IMG/VR virus record: IMGVR_UViG_3300044630_000280
Coordinates: 2,131-66,130 of that record
Source of the DNA: a virus
Taxonomy: Duplodnaviria > Caudoviricetes
Strand: one strand, 5' to 3'
Length of the DNA: 64,000 nt
The notes beneath the pieces were generated by a model. The model was not told the origin of the DNA. It searched no databases and saw only the letters and a list, made by a program, of their open reading frames with translations. Made by a program: the position numbers and the translations under genes. Of this stretch, positions 31,838 through 41,916 are shown one piece after another. The stretch's first letter is position 1, and every line of letters starts with the position of its first letter.

Positions 31838-32350
31838 TTATACTCCTTGATCTGGGCTTAAAGGCCAGACTATGTTTTGCATTATGATTTCAACTTCAGC
31901 TACGTCAACAGCAGAGTTAATTGCAGTGGCAGTGGTTGCTGCAGTAGTTCTAATAGACTCTCTCCATGTATTCCAATCAGCAGGTACCGTCGTGCTAGTC
32001 TCTATTGCTTTTACAACCATCCAGTCCGTAGGGAGTAGTATGGCGTATGCAGCGCTGTTAATTTGTGACACACTATCAACTTTAATACCGTCTAAATCTT
32101 TTGCTGTGTTTGTATAGTTAATGTCTACTTGGTTAGTCTGTGCGTTATATACAGGCTCATCTTGGGTAACCCAGTAGTATTGGGGGTTAGCTTGTTGCCC
32201 ATACACCACATCAACCATACCTATAGCGGCTTTCTCTTCTGGTGTTGATAAGTTGCACCAATTAGAAGGGTAGAAGTTACCAGCCCACTCAAACGCTGAC
32301 CCTGTTTGGACCAACATCATAATTATTCCATCTTGAACTATTGCAAACAT
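31838..32350 (-). CDS. Tail fibre assembly chaperone-like protein
   Basis: LLPTDWMVVK..E...W..WRESIR...WP motif. Confidence 0.65.
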   Translation of the reverse strand: MFAIVQDGIIMMLVQTGSAFEWAGNFYPSNWCNLSTPEEKAAIGMVDVVYGQQANPQYYWVTQDEPVYNAQTNQVDINYTNTAKDLDGIKVDSVSQINSAAYAILLPTDWMVVKAIETSTTVPADWNTWRESIRTTAATTATAINSAVDVAEVEIIMQNIVWPLSPDQGV

Positions 32351-32352
32351 TT

Positions 32353-34743
32353 TTACCTCGCTAAAGCATTTTGGAATGGGTTCTCAGCAAATGCCATGTA
32401 TATAAATGTGTTACCTGCACCATCGTTTACGTTTATGTTTGTGGACTTAAGTCTAAACCCATTTGAAACAATATCAATTAGAGCTAAAGTCCCCTCCGCT
32501 GCCGCAGTTTCTACAAACAAATATTTATCTACTACATTAACTGGGCTTCTTGAAGTGTCAAACACAATCCAACCTCTTACAGCAGAAGACTCTTTAATCA
32601 ATATGTACCTAGGGCGAAACCCTGTTATTACAAATGGCCCGTCCGCTAATCCGGTTGATATATATCTACCAAATTTTGAATACCCCGGTACAGAAGAAAA
32701 ACAATATGCCACACCACTTGCACCATAATTTGCCGTAGTAAACCCAGAACCCAACGTAAACACAGAAGATGTTGGAGATGTGTTATTCCATGCGGTTATA
32801 TTCGCCACAACTGCGGCGGATGAATTAAGTATTACGTATGAAGTATTTCCTAACGACGTATGGTACATAATCCACGCTTGCGTACCGCTAGTTACGCTTT
32901 TCACGATAATCATATCGGGGGCTACGTTTAACCCATGCCCTATTGTGTATATACCAACAGCTTGAAAAGGGAATGTAACCGTACTAAACCCCGCAGTTAT
33001 ATTTGCGTTTACTTGCGCAGACACACTACCAGCCGTATTGGTTACTGTAGAATTTCCGCCCTTCCAATTCCATGCAACGTATGTAGCAGCATTAGTATTT
33101 AGCGCCGCCAAAGTGCCCAGAGTAAACCCACTAGAATTAAACGCAGTTAGTCCAGTTGCTTCTGTTGTTTCTGCAATGTTAGAGTTAACTACTAACTGTT
33201 TGGTCGGCCCACGTACTACATCATATTCAACATGGTTAGTACCCGCAGAGCGACTTTTAATCCATACTAAACCGGGGCTAAACGAAGCGTTTCCAATAGT
33301 GTTTACAATACTTATAGTTGCCCCTGTCCCTGTGTATAACGTAGCTGCAAATTGTGTTGCGCCGTTAGGTACCATGGAGTTACCGATGTTGTACGTGTTA
33401 AGAGGGGCATACCCCGCCGGTAATGGATACGCAAATGGTCTTTGTCCGAAGTTAAGATTCCACGTAGCGCCATTGTTTGTACCTGCGCGATATATAACAG
33501 GGGTTACTTCACCTAATGACATGCCTGTAATAGACCCCATCAGCACACCATTTTTATAGAAGTTAGCTGACCCTGCGTATGCGTTATAAGCAATACCAAA
33601 AATATCGGTAGATATAGGAGTCGTTGTATTAAACACTGTATTGGTAATCGTTGTACCCGCAACTATATACATAGCACGAAGTGCCATAGAAGTACCGTTC
33701 GACCCCCACCCAAACTCAACTGAGGTTCTTCCCGCTACCGTAGTTTCAGGAGTTTTAAACCCCATCATAAAAAAGTTATTACCTGCGTTACCGTTAGCAA
33801 ATGCTGCTAAATTACCTTCAAAATACCACTCACCTTGGTTTACTAACATCGTACCGGGGTAATAATAAGCCGCACTACCAGCTGTAAAAGCAAGTGTTAA
33901 GTTACCATTACTCCATGTTGTACCTGTTACTGTTGGGAATATATTATTTAAAGTACAGAAGTTAGCAGCATTAGGGCTAGTCCTAGTTGGTACGTCAAGC
34001 ATCGAGTCATACGTTGTGCCAGCAGCTAAAGAGATATTATTAGGTGTCCAGTTGTTACCATTACCACTAGAGTCTTTACCAATAGTAGTAGCAGTTGAAC
34101 CAGAATTATCTTGGAAATTAAGATAGAAGCCATTAGTACCATACGTACCTGTGTAATCCATAAACTGCCATACCCCCGTGTAGGGGTTGATAGAGCCAAA
34201 TGCTGTAGGAGATAGCGCTTGACCAGCAATAAAGTTTATTTCTGCTAGGTATCCATCGAGATATTGACCATTAAAATCACCTAATCTACCTATTGCGTTA
34301 ACCCAACTAGCAGTATTTGTAAAAAACCAATAACCCGCAGGTACAGAACCTGAAAAAACTTGCACTCCATTTACATAAAGAATACCATTGCCACCTGCTG
34401 TAGAAGAAAAAACAATATGGTACCAAGCAGCAGGGTCACGATATACAGCAGTAGATGTGCCAATTACACTAGTTGCGCTACCGTTTGTTAAACCAATTGA
34501 AATTTGATCGCTTGCATTAAACAAAATATATGCTGATTGAGCGCCATTTAATCGTGATGCTGCTATTACCTGTTGTACCCCTAAAGTTCCACGTTTCACC
34601 CAACAGCTAAATGTAAATGTAGTAGGGCTTGCCGAAAAAGTACGATTAAAATAAGCAGCTGCACCTGACCGCAGACGTACACTACGCTGGGCGGGGTAAA
34701 CTGGGTCTAAGGGGCTATCGCCACCATATATAAGTGTGGTCAT
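32353..34743 (-). CDS. Tail fibre protein with LamG/ConA-like lectin and SPRY-like domains
   Basis: TFSCWVKRG, YRDPAAWYHIV, GYLAEINFI, NFGQRPF, GFRPRYILIK. Confidence 0.8.
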   Translation of the reverse strand: MTTLIYGGDSPLDPVYPAQRSVRLRSGAAAYFNRTFSASPTTFTFSCWVKRGTLGVQQVIAASRLNGAQSAYILFNASDQISIGLTNGSATSVIGTSTAVYRDPAAWYHIVFSSTAGGNGILYVNGVQVFSGSVPAGYWFFTNTASWVNAIGRLGDFNGQYLDGYLAEINFIAGQALSPTAFGSINPYTGVWQFMDYTGTYGTNGFYLNFQDNSGSTATTIGKDSSGNGNNWTPNNISLAAGTTYDSMLDVPTRTSPNAANFCTLNNIFPTVTGTTWSNGNLTLAFTAGSAAYYYPGTMLVNQGEWYFEGNLAAFANGNAGNNFFMMGFKTPETTVAGRTSVEFGWGSNGTSMALRAMYIVAGTTITNTVFNTTTPISTDIFGIAYNAYAGSANFYKNGVLMGSITGMSLGEVTPVIYRAGTNNGATWNLNFGQRPFAYPLPAGYAPLNTYNIGNSMVPNGATQFAATLYTGTGATISIVNTIGNASFSPGLVWIKSRSAGTNHVEYDVVRGPTKQLVVNSNIAETTEATGLTAFNSSGFTLGTLAALNTNAATYVAWNWKGGNSTVTNTAGSVSAQVNANITAGFSTVTFPFQAVGIYTIGHGLNVAPDMIIVKSVTSGTQAWIMYHTSLGNTSYVILNSSAAVVANITAWNNTSPTSSVFTLGSGFTTANYGASGVAYCFSSVPGYSKFGRYISTGLADGPFVITGFRPRYILIKESSAVRGWIVFDTSRSPVNVVDKYLFVETAAAEGTLALIDIVSNGFRLKSTNINVNDGAGNTFIYMAFAENPFQNALAR

Positions 34744-35168
34744 TAAGATACCAAAAACGATTGTCCTTGTTGGTACAAGTTGGTTCCGTCGCTACGAAAA
34801 ATAAAATAATCCCTTGCTCCGGGGGCTGTCGATAATACTGGGGCTACAGCACCGGGCCATTTAAACACCGAGTTCCATGTCAACGTATTACTACCAGCGT
34901 TTTGTATAACTGCTAGAGCGTAGAAGGCACCATTCATCAAACCTGTAGGAGCGCCCATCGTTCTGTTAGATGATACAAAAGTAAACGTAGCTACCTGACC
35001 TAGTGTAGTGTCCCAAGCAATCGTAGCTGCATCGGTTAGCGTAGTGTTTGGTGAATATGCAGTGCCGGGGTATGCAACTTGTCGTGTGGTATTGATCTGA
35101 ATGGCATCTTGTCCACCGACTCGAATAGCCCCAGTACCATCATTGTTTGCCATAAGTGCTGCTGTCAT
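34743..35168 (-). CDS. Tail fibre-associated protein
   Basis: LTDAATIAWD...FKWPGAVAPVLST. Confidence 0.65.
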   Translation of the reverse strand: MTAALMANNDGTGAIRVGGQDAIQINTTRQVAYPGTAYSPNTTLTDAATIAWDTTLGQVATFTFVSSNRTMGAPTGLMNGAFYALAVIQNAGSNTLTWNSVFKWPGAVAPVLSTAPGARDYFIFRSDGTNLYQQGQSFLVS

Positions 35169-35171
35169 TTG

Positions 35172-35444
35172 TTACTCCTTTGGGTACTTTTCTTTTACAG
35201 CAAGGCAAGCTGCTATATAAGCATCAATTTGTGCTTGGTCACCTTTAACCACACCATCTAAATAATCTGCTATAGGTGGGTATTCAGTAGCACGAAGTAT
35301 TTTATACGCAGGGTCAATAGGTTTTGGTCTAAGCTCTTCTGCCTCTTCATCCGTGATTTCTATACAGCCTTCTGGTAGTAAATGCGCAAACGCCGCATTA
35401 TCAATAAAATGTAAATTGTTATCTAGGTCTTTATAATGTGGCAT
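35172..35444 (-). CDS. Tail fibre chaperone-like protein
   Basis: R..EYPPI.DYLD...AVKEKYPK. Confidence 0.65.
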   Translation of the reverse strand: MPHYKDLDNNLHFIDNAAFAHLLPEGCIEITDEEAEELRPKPIDPAYKILRATEYPPIADYLDGVVKGDQAQIDAYIAACLAVKEKYPKE

Positions 35445-35449
35445 ATTTA

Positions 35450-36370
35450 TTACCTCAACTCTCTAGGGTTACCCAGACCCGCTTGCGCAGATGTTGCTGA
35501 GTAGGACATATTAGGAGGGACAATAACTGTGATCTGAGTTACATAAGGTTGCGCACCTACAGTAACGGCATTAGCCCCACCAATAGTAACGGTTGTAACT
35601 TGGGTTAAGTTAGCGGTGAACGTAAATACAATTGGACGACCTGTTGTATTGTAGTATGTAACCCCTGATGTTCTAGTTACTGTCTGCCATGTTTGGCTGT
35701 AACCAAGAGAACCCATTACATCTAATGCTTGACCGCCCGCGCCTTGAATCGTGGAGGGTGCAGTAGCCCATGTTCCAGCAGTAGCCTGTGTAGATTCAAC
35801 GTAACCAACTACTCTATATGGCACATTAGTTCTTGCTGTCGTAGAGTAAATAACGTTTGCACTGTCAGCTGCACCAGCGCCACCCTCAGCGGTGGTAGAT
35901 ATTAAATTAGTCTCATCGAGTTGGTTACCACCCGCAATATTTACTACCGCTAATTCAACTGTACCTGCGTTGTCAAGAGCTAGTATAACTATCTTTGATT
36001 GTATAGCGTTAACAGTACCTAATGTAGAACCTGACGACACCGTCATTGATATGGCGTTACCAACTGTGCGTGTGTTTACAGTACCACTAGCTAGTGAAAA
36101 ACTACGAAATGATAAGTAGGTAGGATTAAGAGTAACAGTTAAAGCGTTCCCAGACACTGATGCAGTAATTGGTTGGATTTGGGGTGAGCCTGTACCTAAA
36201 ATACCACCAGATGCTGTGATAGACCCCGCTATGTTTACATTTTGACTAGCGTCAATAGTCATTGCAGTAGTACCAACACCTGTACCTGTTTTAATTTCCA
36301 ATATGCCGGTGCTATCGGGGGTAAACACACCTCCTGACGTAGCGTTACCTGCTTTTAATACTGTAGCCAT
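35450..36370 (-). CDS. Tail fibre protein
   Basis: LGYSQTWQTVTR.SGVTYYNTTGRPI C-terminal module. Confidence 0.7.
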   Translation of the reverse strand: MATVLKAGNATSGGVFTPDSTGILEIKTGTGVGTTAMTIDASQNVNIAGSITASGGILGTGSPQIQPITASVSGNALTVTLNPTYLSFRSFSLASGTVNTRTVGNAISMTVSSGSTLGTVNAIQSKIVILALDNAGTVELAVVNIAGGNQLDETNLISTTAEGGAGAADSANVIYSTTARTNVPYRVVGYVESTQATAGTWATAPSTIQGAGGQALDVMGSLGYSQTWQTVTRTSGVTYYNTTGRPIVFTFTANLTQVTTVTIGGANAVTVGAQPYVTQITVIVPPNMSYSATSAQAGLGNPRELR

Positions 36371-36379
36371 GTCTACCTC

Positions 36380-36991
36380 TTAAGTAATTACCACAAAGTT
36401 AGCACCGTCTTCTACCGTTATTGAGTACCCATTTGCTACTGTTACAGGCCCAACTAACATAGCATTATTCCCGGTTGTAACTGTTATATCTTGACTTATT
36501 GTCGCTGGATTTACAAATGGGAATGAAGCCCCACCCCCGCCGCTAGCAGCAATAGTTATGGAACCATTACCGTTCGTGATTGTGATATTTGTACCAGCAG
36601 TTAATGTTGTTTTATTTAGTGCCCCTGTAGAAGAATCACCAATTAATAATTGCCCATCCGTAAAACTATTTGTGTCAGCGCTATCTAAAAATACTGATCT
36701 TTCAGCAGGATATGTACAAAAAATAGTTACCGTTCCTGAGAAAGTTACGGCAGAACCCGAGTTGCTAGACTCAAAAACAGTTACGCGAGATAGTGTGTCT
36801 GGGCCGTTTGAGTAAAAACCATAACCAACTTCCCAATTACCACTTGCATCTGTTGCCCCATAGTACGTATTATTACCCGCACCTATTGCAGCAAAGTCTT
36901 GAAACCCCGCAACGGAACCGGACAAGTTAAATTGTGATGTATTGGGTGCCGTCCCAGTTTGTTGTATTCTATCTTTGACTACGAGTGCCAT
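36380..36991 (-). CDS. Tail structural protein
   Basis: MALVVKDRI...WEVGYG...FCTYPA. Confidence 0.65.
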   Translation of the reverse strand: MALVVKDRIQQTGTAPNTSQFNLSGSVAGFQDFAAIGAGNNTYYGATDASGNWEVGYGFYSNGPDTLSRVTVFESSNSGSAVTFSGTVTIFCTYPAERSVFLDSADTNSFTDGQLLIGDSSTGALNKTTLTAGTNITITNGNGSITIAASGGGGASFPFVNPATISQDITVTTGNNAMLVGPVTVANGYSITVEDGANFVVIT

Positions 36992-37000
36992 AATATTCCC

Positions 37001-39172
37001 TTATATCTCTAGTGCGGTATCGATCTCAGTCCAACCAGCATCAGGTTCAGTATCTATCTGCACCCACCCAGTTTCAGCCACAGTTTCTACCGGCTGCCAA
37101 CCTGTACCACCATTCGAATTAATAATCTTCCACTGTATCTTTGCCTCTACATTACCTGCAGTACCTGTTGCTGTAACACCAAGCAAATTAATAAATTGTA
37201 CGTACGCAACGTCATTGGTACTTACAGTAGCTGTTACCTCTGTTGGGAACGCTGGGAACTCAAAATCTATATCTCCTACTGTGCCTGTAGCAGTGTCACC
37301 AACTAGTGTTTGGGCAGATATAACACTACTTACAGATGTAGTTGCAGATACTCCGGTAAGGTTACGCTGTTGTAATCTACTAACATCACCCACAGTGCCA
37401 GTAGCTGTCACACCACTTAGAGCAGGGTTTTCTCTCTGTACCCTACCTACTGAACCTGTAGCTCTAACCCCTGTCAGCCCTACTGCAAAACTCGATGCTA
37501 CGTTTCCAACACTACCAGTAGCTGTTACCTTCGTTATAGGCCTAACAAGTCTAACCGTACCAACTGAACCTGTAGCTATTACTCTTGTTAAAGCTTGTGT
37601 TCTAGCCCCTAATGATACATTACGAACACTACCTGTTGCTGTGTTACCTGTAAGCGTTACTGATCTTGTTACTCTACCCGTTAAACCTACAACAGAGCCA
37701 GTAGCAGTTACTGCAGTTAATCTTGTACCACCGTTTACAAAACCTACAGAACCCGCCGCAGAATTACCTGTCAACGCAACAAACGGACCGCTCTTAACGG
37801 TACCAGCAGTGCCAATTGCAGTACGGCCTGTTAAACTTTCAACCTGACCCGCGCCAATAATAGAGCCGGGTGTACCCGCAGCTGAAACACCTGTTATTGT
37901 TCTAGGTATACGAGCAGTTATATTACCTGCAGTGCCAGTCGCGGTATTACCATTTAAGGTAAATGTACGCGCAGGTTTTATTACAGTGCCAACAGAAGTA
38001 GTAGCAGTTACACCTACCAACGCTTTACTACGGGTCGTCGTTATTGTACCTTGAGATAGCGTAGCTGTATTACCAGTCAGTCTTTGCCCACCACGAACAG
38101 TACCTACAGATCCTGTAGCACTTACACCCGACAGCGTTACGCTCTTAACACCTACAACAACGTTACCAACAGTACCATACGCAAACTCTTTCTTCAGAGT
38201 CTGACTCATTCTTGCTAACGGAGTGCCAGCTGTACCTGTTGCTATTACGGCAGTGGGGATCTCCCTATGGTCTTCGTTAGCGGTTTGTACAGAGCCAACA
38301 GCAGTTACACCAGTAATAACTCTAGTATGTATGTTGTTAGCAATTTCACCAGTATCAGTAACAGCAGAAACGCCAGTGAACGCTTGACCCCCACGTACTG
38401 TACCAACAGAACCCGTAGCAGTTACGCTTGCAAGTGTTTCACGATGGTCTTCTATTGGAGATGTAACTGTACCAAACGCTGTTACGCCAGATAGCGTAAA
38501 GGTTTTATTTTGCTGAGATATAGTTCCAACAGAACCAGTAGCAGTGTTACCTGTAATTTCTTCTAAGTTTACAGGGTTAGGTTTTCTAACCGTACTAACA
38601 GCAGACACCCCAGTCAATACAGCACCGATGGTCATCGTACCGGCAGTACCAAAAACTAATACACCACTTATTGCGGGGGTAGCGCGATACGTTATATTAC
38701 CAACGGAGCCTGTAGCCGTAACCGGGGCTGGTGTTTCTTCGTGGTCTTCAACGGGGGTTTGTACTGAACCTGTAGCAGTTACGCCAGATAAAGATAGCGT
38801 GTTGTTTGCTAAGGAAGGTGTTCCGGCTGTACCCGTAGCAGTTACGCCTGTTGGGTATACAGGTACTGCGTTGATTACTGTACCAACTGAACCTGTGGCG
38901 GTTACGCCAGATAAATCTTCACTTATCCCTTGTGCTACATCACCAACCGAACCAGTAGCAGTTTCCCCAGTTAGGTTTACAACTACAATCTGTTGATATA
39001 CTACAGTGCCAACTGAACCAGTAGCAGTAGTATCGGTGACAAAAACATCTGCCGTAACATTAACTACACCAACACTACCAGTAGCTGTAACACCAGATAG
39101 CCCAACTATAACCCCACCAGCTGCGGGCAGGGTAGAGAAGGGGGTGGCGGCGAACGAACTTATACCAAACAT
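37001..39172 (-). CDS. Repeat-rich fibre protein (about 33 copies of L(T/S)GVTATGSVG)
   Basis: Repeats counted in the translation; Trp-periodic C-terminus. Confidence 0.8.
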   Translation of the reverse strand: MFGISSFAATPFSTLPAAGGVIVGLSGVTATGSVGVVNVTADVFVTDTTATGSVGTVVYQQIVVVNLTGETATGSVGDVAQGISEDLSGVTATGSVGTVINAVPVYPTGVTATGTAGTPSLANNTLSLSGVTATGSVQTPVEDHEETPAPVTATGSVGNITYRATPAISGVLVFGTAGTMTIGAVLTGVSAVSTVRKPNPVNLEEITGNTATGSVGTISQQNKTFTLSGVTAFGTVTSPIEDHRETLASVTATGSVGTVRGGQAFTGVSAVTDTGEIANNIHTRVITGVTAVGSVQTANEDHREIPTAVIATGTAGTPLARMSQTLKKEFAYGTVGNVVVGVKSVTLSGVSATGSVGTVRGGQRLTGNTATLSQGTITTTRSKALVGVTATTSVGTVIKPARTFTLNGNTATGTAGNITARIPRTITGVSAAGTPGSIIGAGQVESLTGRTAIGTAGTVKSGPFVALTGNSAAGSVGFVNGGTRLTAVTATGSVVGLTGRVTRSVTLTGNTATGSVRNVSLGARTQALTRVIATGSVGTVRLVRPITKVTATGSVGNVASSFAVGLTGVRATGSVGRVQRENPALSGVTATGTVGDVSRLQQRNLTGVSATTSVSSVISAQTLVGDTATGTVGDIDFEFPAFPTEVTATVSTNDVAYVQFINLLGVTATGTAGNVEAKIQWKIINSNGGTGWQPVETVAETGWVQIDTEPDAGWTEIDTALEI

Positions 39173-39198
39173 GGCTTCTCCGTCCGCCTTTTCTTAAG

Positions 39199-39654
39199 TT
39201 AAGCTATATTCAATAAAGCTGTACCAGCAGCATTCGTTGGCATCACCAGTGTGAAAGTACCAGCAGTGATCGTCTGTGAGCCAAACGTATGAACACTAAC
39301 TGCTTTGTTTGTCTGTGAACTGTTATAAATTAACACAGCATCAAACGCGGTAGATAATGTCACGTTGGTATATGTGATCGAAGCTGAAGGTGTCCAGTAT
39401 GCGGTAGTACCACTGCTAGTTGGGGCAGTTGCATTAGTTACGTTCACACCGCCCGCAGTGTAGTTTGTACCGGTTACTTCACCAGTCGATGAATACACAG
39501 TTGTACCAGCGCCCAAAGAAGCGGAAGCTAAATACAAAGCTGCTTTAAATGTATCAGCTACGCCCGTACCACGAGTAGGAGCAGTACCGAAGTTGTGTGT
39601 TGCGGTCAGAATCTCGGTTTTAAACGAGGTCGTCATTGCTTGTGAATTTGGCAT
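39199..39654 (-). CDS. Structural protein, paralogue of 39871-40293
   Basis: Q.MTTSFK.E...ALY...GEV.G..YTAGG...LIYN...KAV.V..FG. Confidence 0.75.
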   Translation of the reverse strand: MPNSQAMTTSFKTEILTATHNFGTAPTRGTGVADTFKAALYLASASLGAGTTVYSSTGEVTGTNYTAGGVNVTNATAPTSSGTTAYWTPSASITYTNVTLSTAFDAVLIYNSSQTNKAVSVHTFGSQTITAGTFTLVMPTNAAGTALLNIA

Positions 39655-39667
39655 GATCTAAGTCCTA

Positions 39668-39862
39668 TTAAAAAGATGCGGCGACGGCTTCGCCCATTAA
39701 GTTAAATTTCTTCAGTGTCATGTGCACTGAGCGATGTACTAGCTCGCCGTCCAGCCAGTATTCTGTCCAGAGGACTGTCTCGTTATCGTTGTCGACAGTA
39801 CCCTCTTTTTTCTCGAGCAAAGACTCTTCCATCTCGCCCTTGGTAGTAGTTACTAATGCCAT
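39668..39862 (-). CDS. Hypothetical protein
   Basis: RBS AGGAG; EYWLDGELVHRS. Confidence 0.7.
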   Translation of the reverse strand: MALVTTTKGEMEESLLEKKEGTVDNDNETVLWTEYWLDGELVHRSVHMTLKKFNLMGEAVAASF

Positions 39863-39870
39863 TTTATCTC

Positions 39871-40293
39871 CTAAGTAAACCGCAATAGTGCGGTCGTTGC
39901 TGAATTAACAGGCATCGTTACAGTAAAAGTATTTGTCGCTGTTTTATCAGAGCCAAAGTCTAAGACTGCAACGGACTTATTGCCCTGTGTTACGTTGTAT
40001 ATCAAGGCTCCACGCGCAGTAAAAGCCGCTGGGTCCCATACTACATTACCAAAATTAACATATACTACACCCGTCGTAGGATCAGTATTAACTGAGACAC
40101 CTTCTAAAACTTGGCCTCCAGCAGTATACCCATCTCCTACGACTTCGTTATCTGTTGTGTACTCCGTTGTATTTGGACCTATCGTTGCGAAGCCTGTGTA
40201 CAACGCTATGTTTAGTGTATCCGATACAAGATTCTGCACCGCTTGGAGCATTTCTTGTTTAAAACTTGTGGTTAATGTTTGCTGTATAGCCAT
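39871..40293 (-). CDS. Structural protein, paralogue of 39199-39654
   Basis: Same motif set. Confidence 0.75.
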   Translation of the reverse strand: MAIQQTLTTSFKQEMLQAVQNLVSDTLNIALYTGFATIGPNTTEYTTDNEVVGDGYTAGGQVLEGVSVNTDPTTGVVYVNFGNVVWDPAAFTARGALIYNVTQGNKSVAVLDFGSDKTATNTFTVTMPVNSATTALLRFT

Positions 40294-40967
40294 TACGGAT
40301 TAACCTTAATCTTAGCCTGACCATCACGGTATGCGTCACCACGCTCAAGACCAGTTCCCAGACGATTCAATTGAGCCATAGCTTCATCATACTTAGCTTT
40401 GTAGAACGTCATTACGTCTTGCTCGCCCTTCATAAACACGTAGGCTTCAAGCAATGCACCGTATAACAAGACTGGGGAGTAGTTCAAACTCAACCATGTA
40501 GTACCATCATCTGCTACTGTGATCGACTCTGGGTATGCATAATAGTGTAGCTCTGCCGTATACGCAATGTCAGGTGTTGGGGCGAACATAAAGCTTAATG
40601 AGTCTTGTGGCGCATTCGCCACTACTTTAGGGCCAAACAAAGCATAGTACTTAGGTGTACCTACCTCAGTTGGGTCTGGGTAAGCAGCACGTAAGAAGTT
40701 CACATCTTTGTTCAACAAGTACTCATATCCACTTGGCGCATCTTTAATCGCCATAGAGAACGCAGACATGAAGTCACCGGGGCATGATAAGTATTGATTA
40801 CCTGCAACTAACAAACCCGTTACGTTCTTACGAAGTGGTGGAATCTGAACCGAGTTATAAATGCGCTCCTCAGCCTGCGTAATAAACGTAGGTATATAGT
40901 CTATAAACGCAGGGTCATCGTTCTGCGTATAGTTAATGATTGCATTTGTAAGTTCGGTTAGAGTCAT
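40293..40967 (-). CDS. Tail adaptor (tail tubular A-like)
   Basis: FITQAEERI...GTPKYYA...APTPD..Y..ELHY...LLYGALLEA. Confidence 0.7.
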   Translation of the reverse strand: MTLTELTNAIINYTQNDDPAFIDYIPTFITQAEERIYNSVQIPPLRKNVTGLLVAGNQYLSCPGDFMSAFSMAIKDAPSGYEYLLNKDVNFLRAAYPDPTEVGTPKYYALFGPKVVANAPQDSLSFMFAPTPDIAYTAELHYYAYPESITVADDGTTWLSLNYSPVLLYGALLEAYVFMKGEQDVMTFYKAKYDEAMAQLNRLGTGLERGDAYRDGQAKIKVNP

Positions 40968-40970
40968 CTA

Positions 40971-41240
40971 TTAACCCATCGGGCCTCGTGCCATCGTACC
41001 TTTAGTTGCTGCGCCTGTACCACGGATTTTAATACCGTCAGTCTTCACATCTTGGTTAGCAGGATTACCAGCGCTTACACGTGGTGTAGCAGTTTTCTTA
41101 GTCATCTTATCGGCGACTAGTTTGTTCGGGTCTTCCATTTTATTCATGACCATAGGGCCTCCAGACATACTGTGTGGTTTGGCATAGACAGCGGCTTGAC
41201 CCACTTCTTTACCCATAACCTTTTGTGAAAACTTAGCCAT
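40971..41240 (-). CDS. Small basic virion-associated protein
   Basis: Ends DGIKIRGTGAATKGTMARGPMG. Confidence 0.7.
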   Translation of the reverse strand: MAKFSQKVMGKEVGQAAVYAKPHSMSGGPMVMNKMEDPNKLVADKMTKKTATPRVSAGNPANQDVKTDGIKIRGTGAATKGTMARGPMG

Positions 41241-41476
41241 TACTTACCTCGGCTAGACTTATAGGTAAATGAAGAAACTTTTTGATTAGCAACTTTAGCT
41301 AAGTTACGACCCATTGTCTTCATCTGCGAATTAGTTTTACCACCTTTAGCATAGCAAGCTGCGCCGCCTTTTTTCAAAGCAAGTGCAGTTTTTTTACCAC
41401 CATGCTGCTGGGTATCGTGTTGACCGATAGCTTTCTTAATCATAGCCTTGTCTTGCTTTTTGTCCATCTTGTCCAT
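41240..41476 (-). CDS. Small basic protein
   Basis: RBS AGGAG; LKKGG and YAKGG motifs. Confidence 0.7.
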   Translation of the reverse strand: MDKMDKKQDKAMIKKAIGQHDTQQHGGKKTALALKKGGAACYAKGGKTNSQMKTMGRNLAKVANQKVSSFTYKSSRGK

Positions 41477-41485
41477 GTTTTACTC

Positions 41486-41914
41486 CTAAGTTGTCGTGAT
41501 AGTCACGGTTCCTACTGCACTTATGCTTGTTAGATAATTAGGTGTTAATCCAAAATCATTAGCGCTAGCACCACCTACTGGTCGCCAACCCCACTGAAAC
41601 ACTCGACTACCACCTTCAGGTAAACCAAACGCAGCTACAACATCTGGTGGGGCTGAAGTTAACTGCAATCCACTAAACCCAGATTGGTAATAACTGTTGT
41701 CAGGGCGTGGTTCCCGTACTGCTTGTGGGTCATCCACAGGATACATACCTAATTGTAACTGAGGTTGATCCGGTTCCCAACACGTTGGGCATACTTTAAT
41801 ACTGACTTGCTTAGTCTTAATCGTGAGCTTCTTAAGCTCTTTTAACTTGTACCTGAACCCGCAGCGATCACACTCCGCAATCGAGTTCTTGGCTGAACTA
41901 AACCTATTGCCCAT
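41486..41914 (-). CDS. Zinc-finger-containing hypothetical protein
   Basis: CDRCG...VCPTCWEP.QPQL. Confidence 0.7.
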   Translation of the reverse strand: MGNRFSSAKNSIAECDRCGFRYKLKELKKLTIKTKQVSIKVCPTCWEPDQPQLQLGMYPVDDPQAVREPRPDNSYYQSGFSGLQLTSAPPDVVAAFGLPEGGSRVFQWGWRPVGGASANDFGLTPNYLTSISAVGTVTITTT

Positions 41915-41916
41915 GA

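Noticed and set aside
25240-39197. Many long + strand ORFs antisense to tail genes (e.g. 36942-37847, 33038-33559)
   Set aside because: Shadow frames of Thr/Gly/Ala/Val-rich genes; no RBS and low-complexity translations
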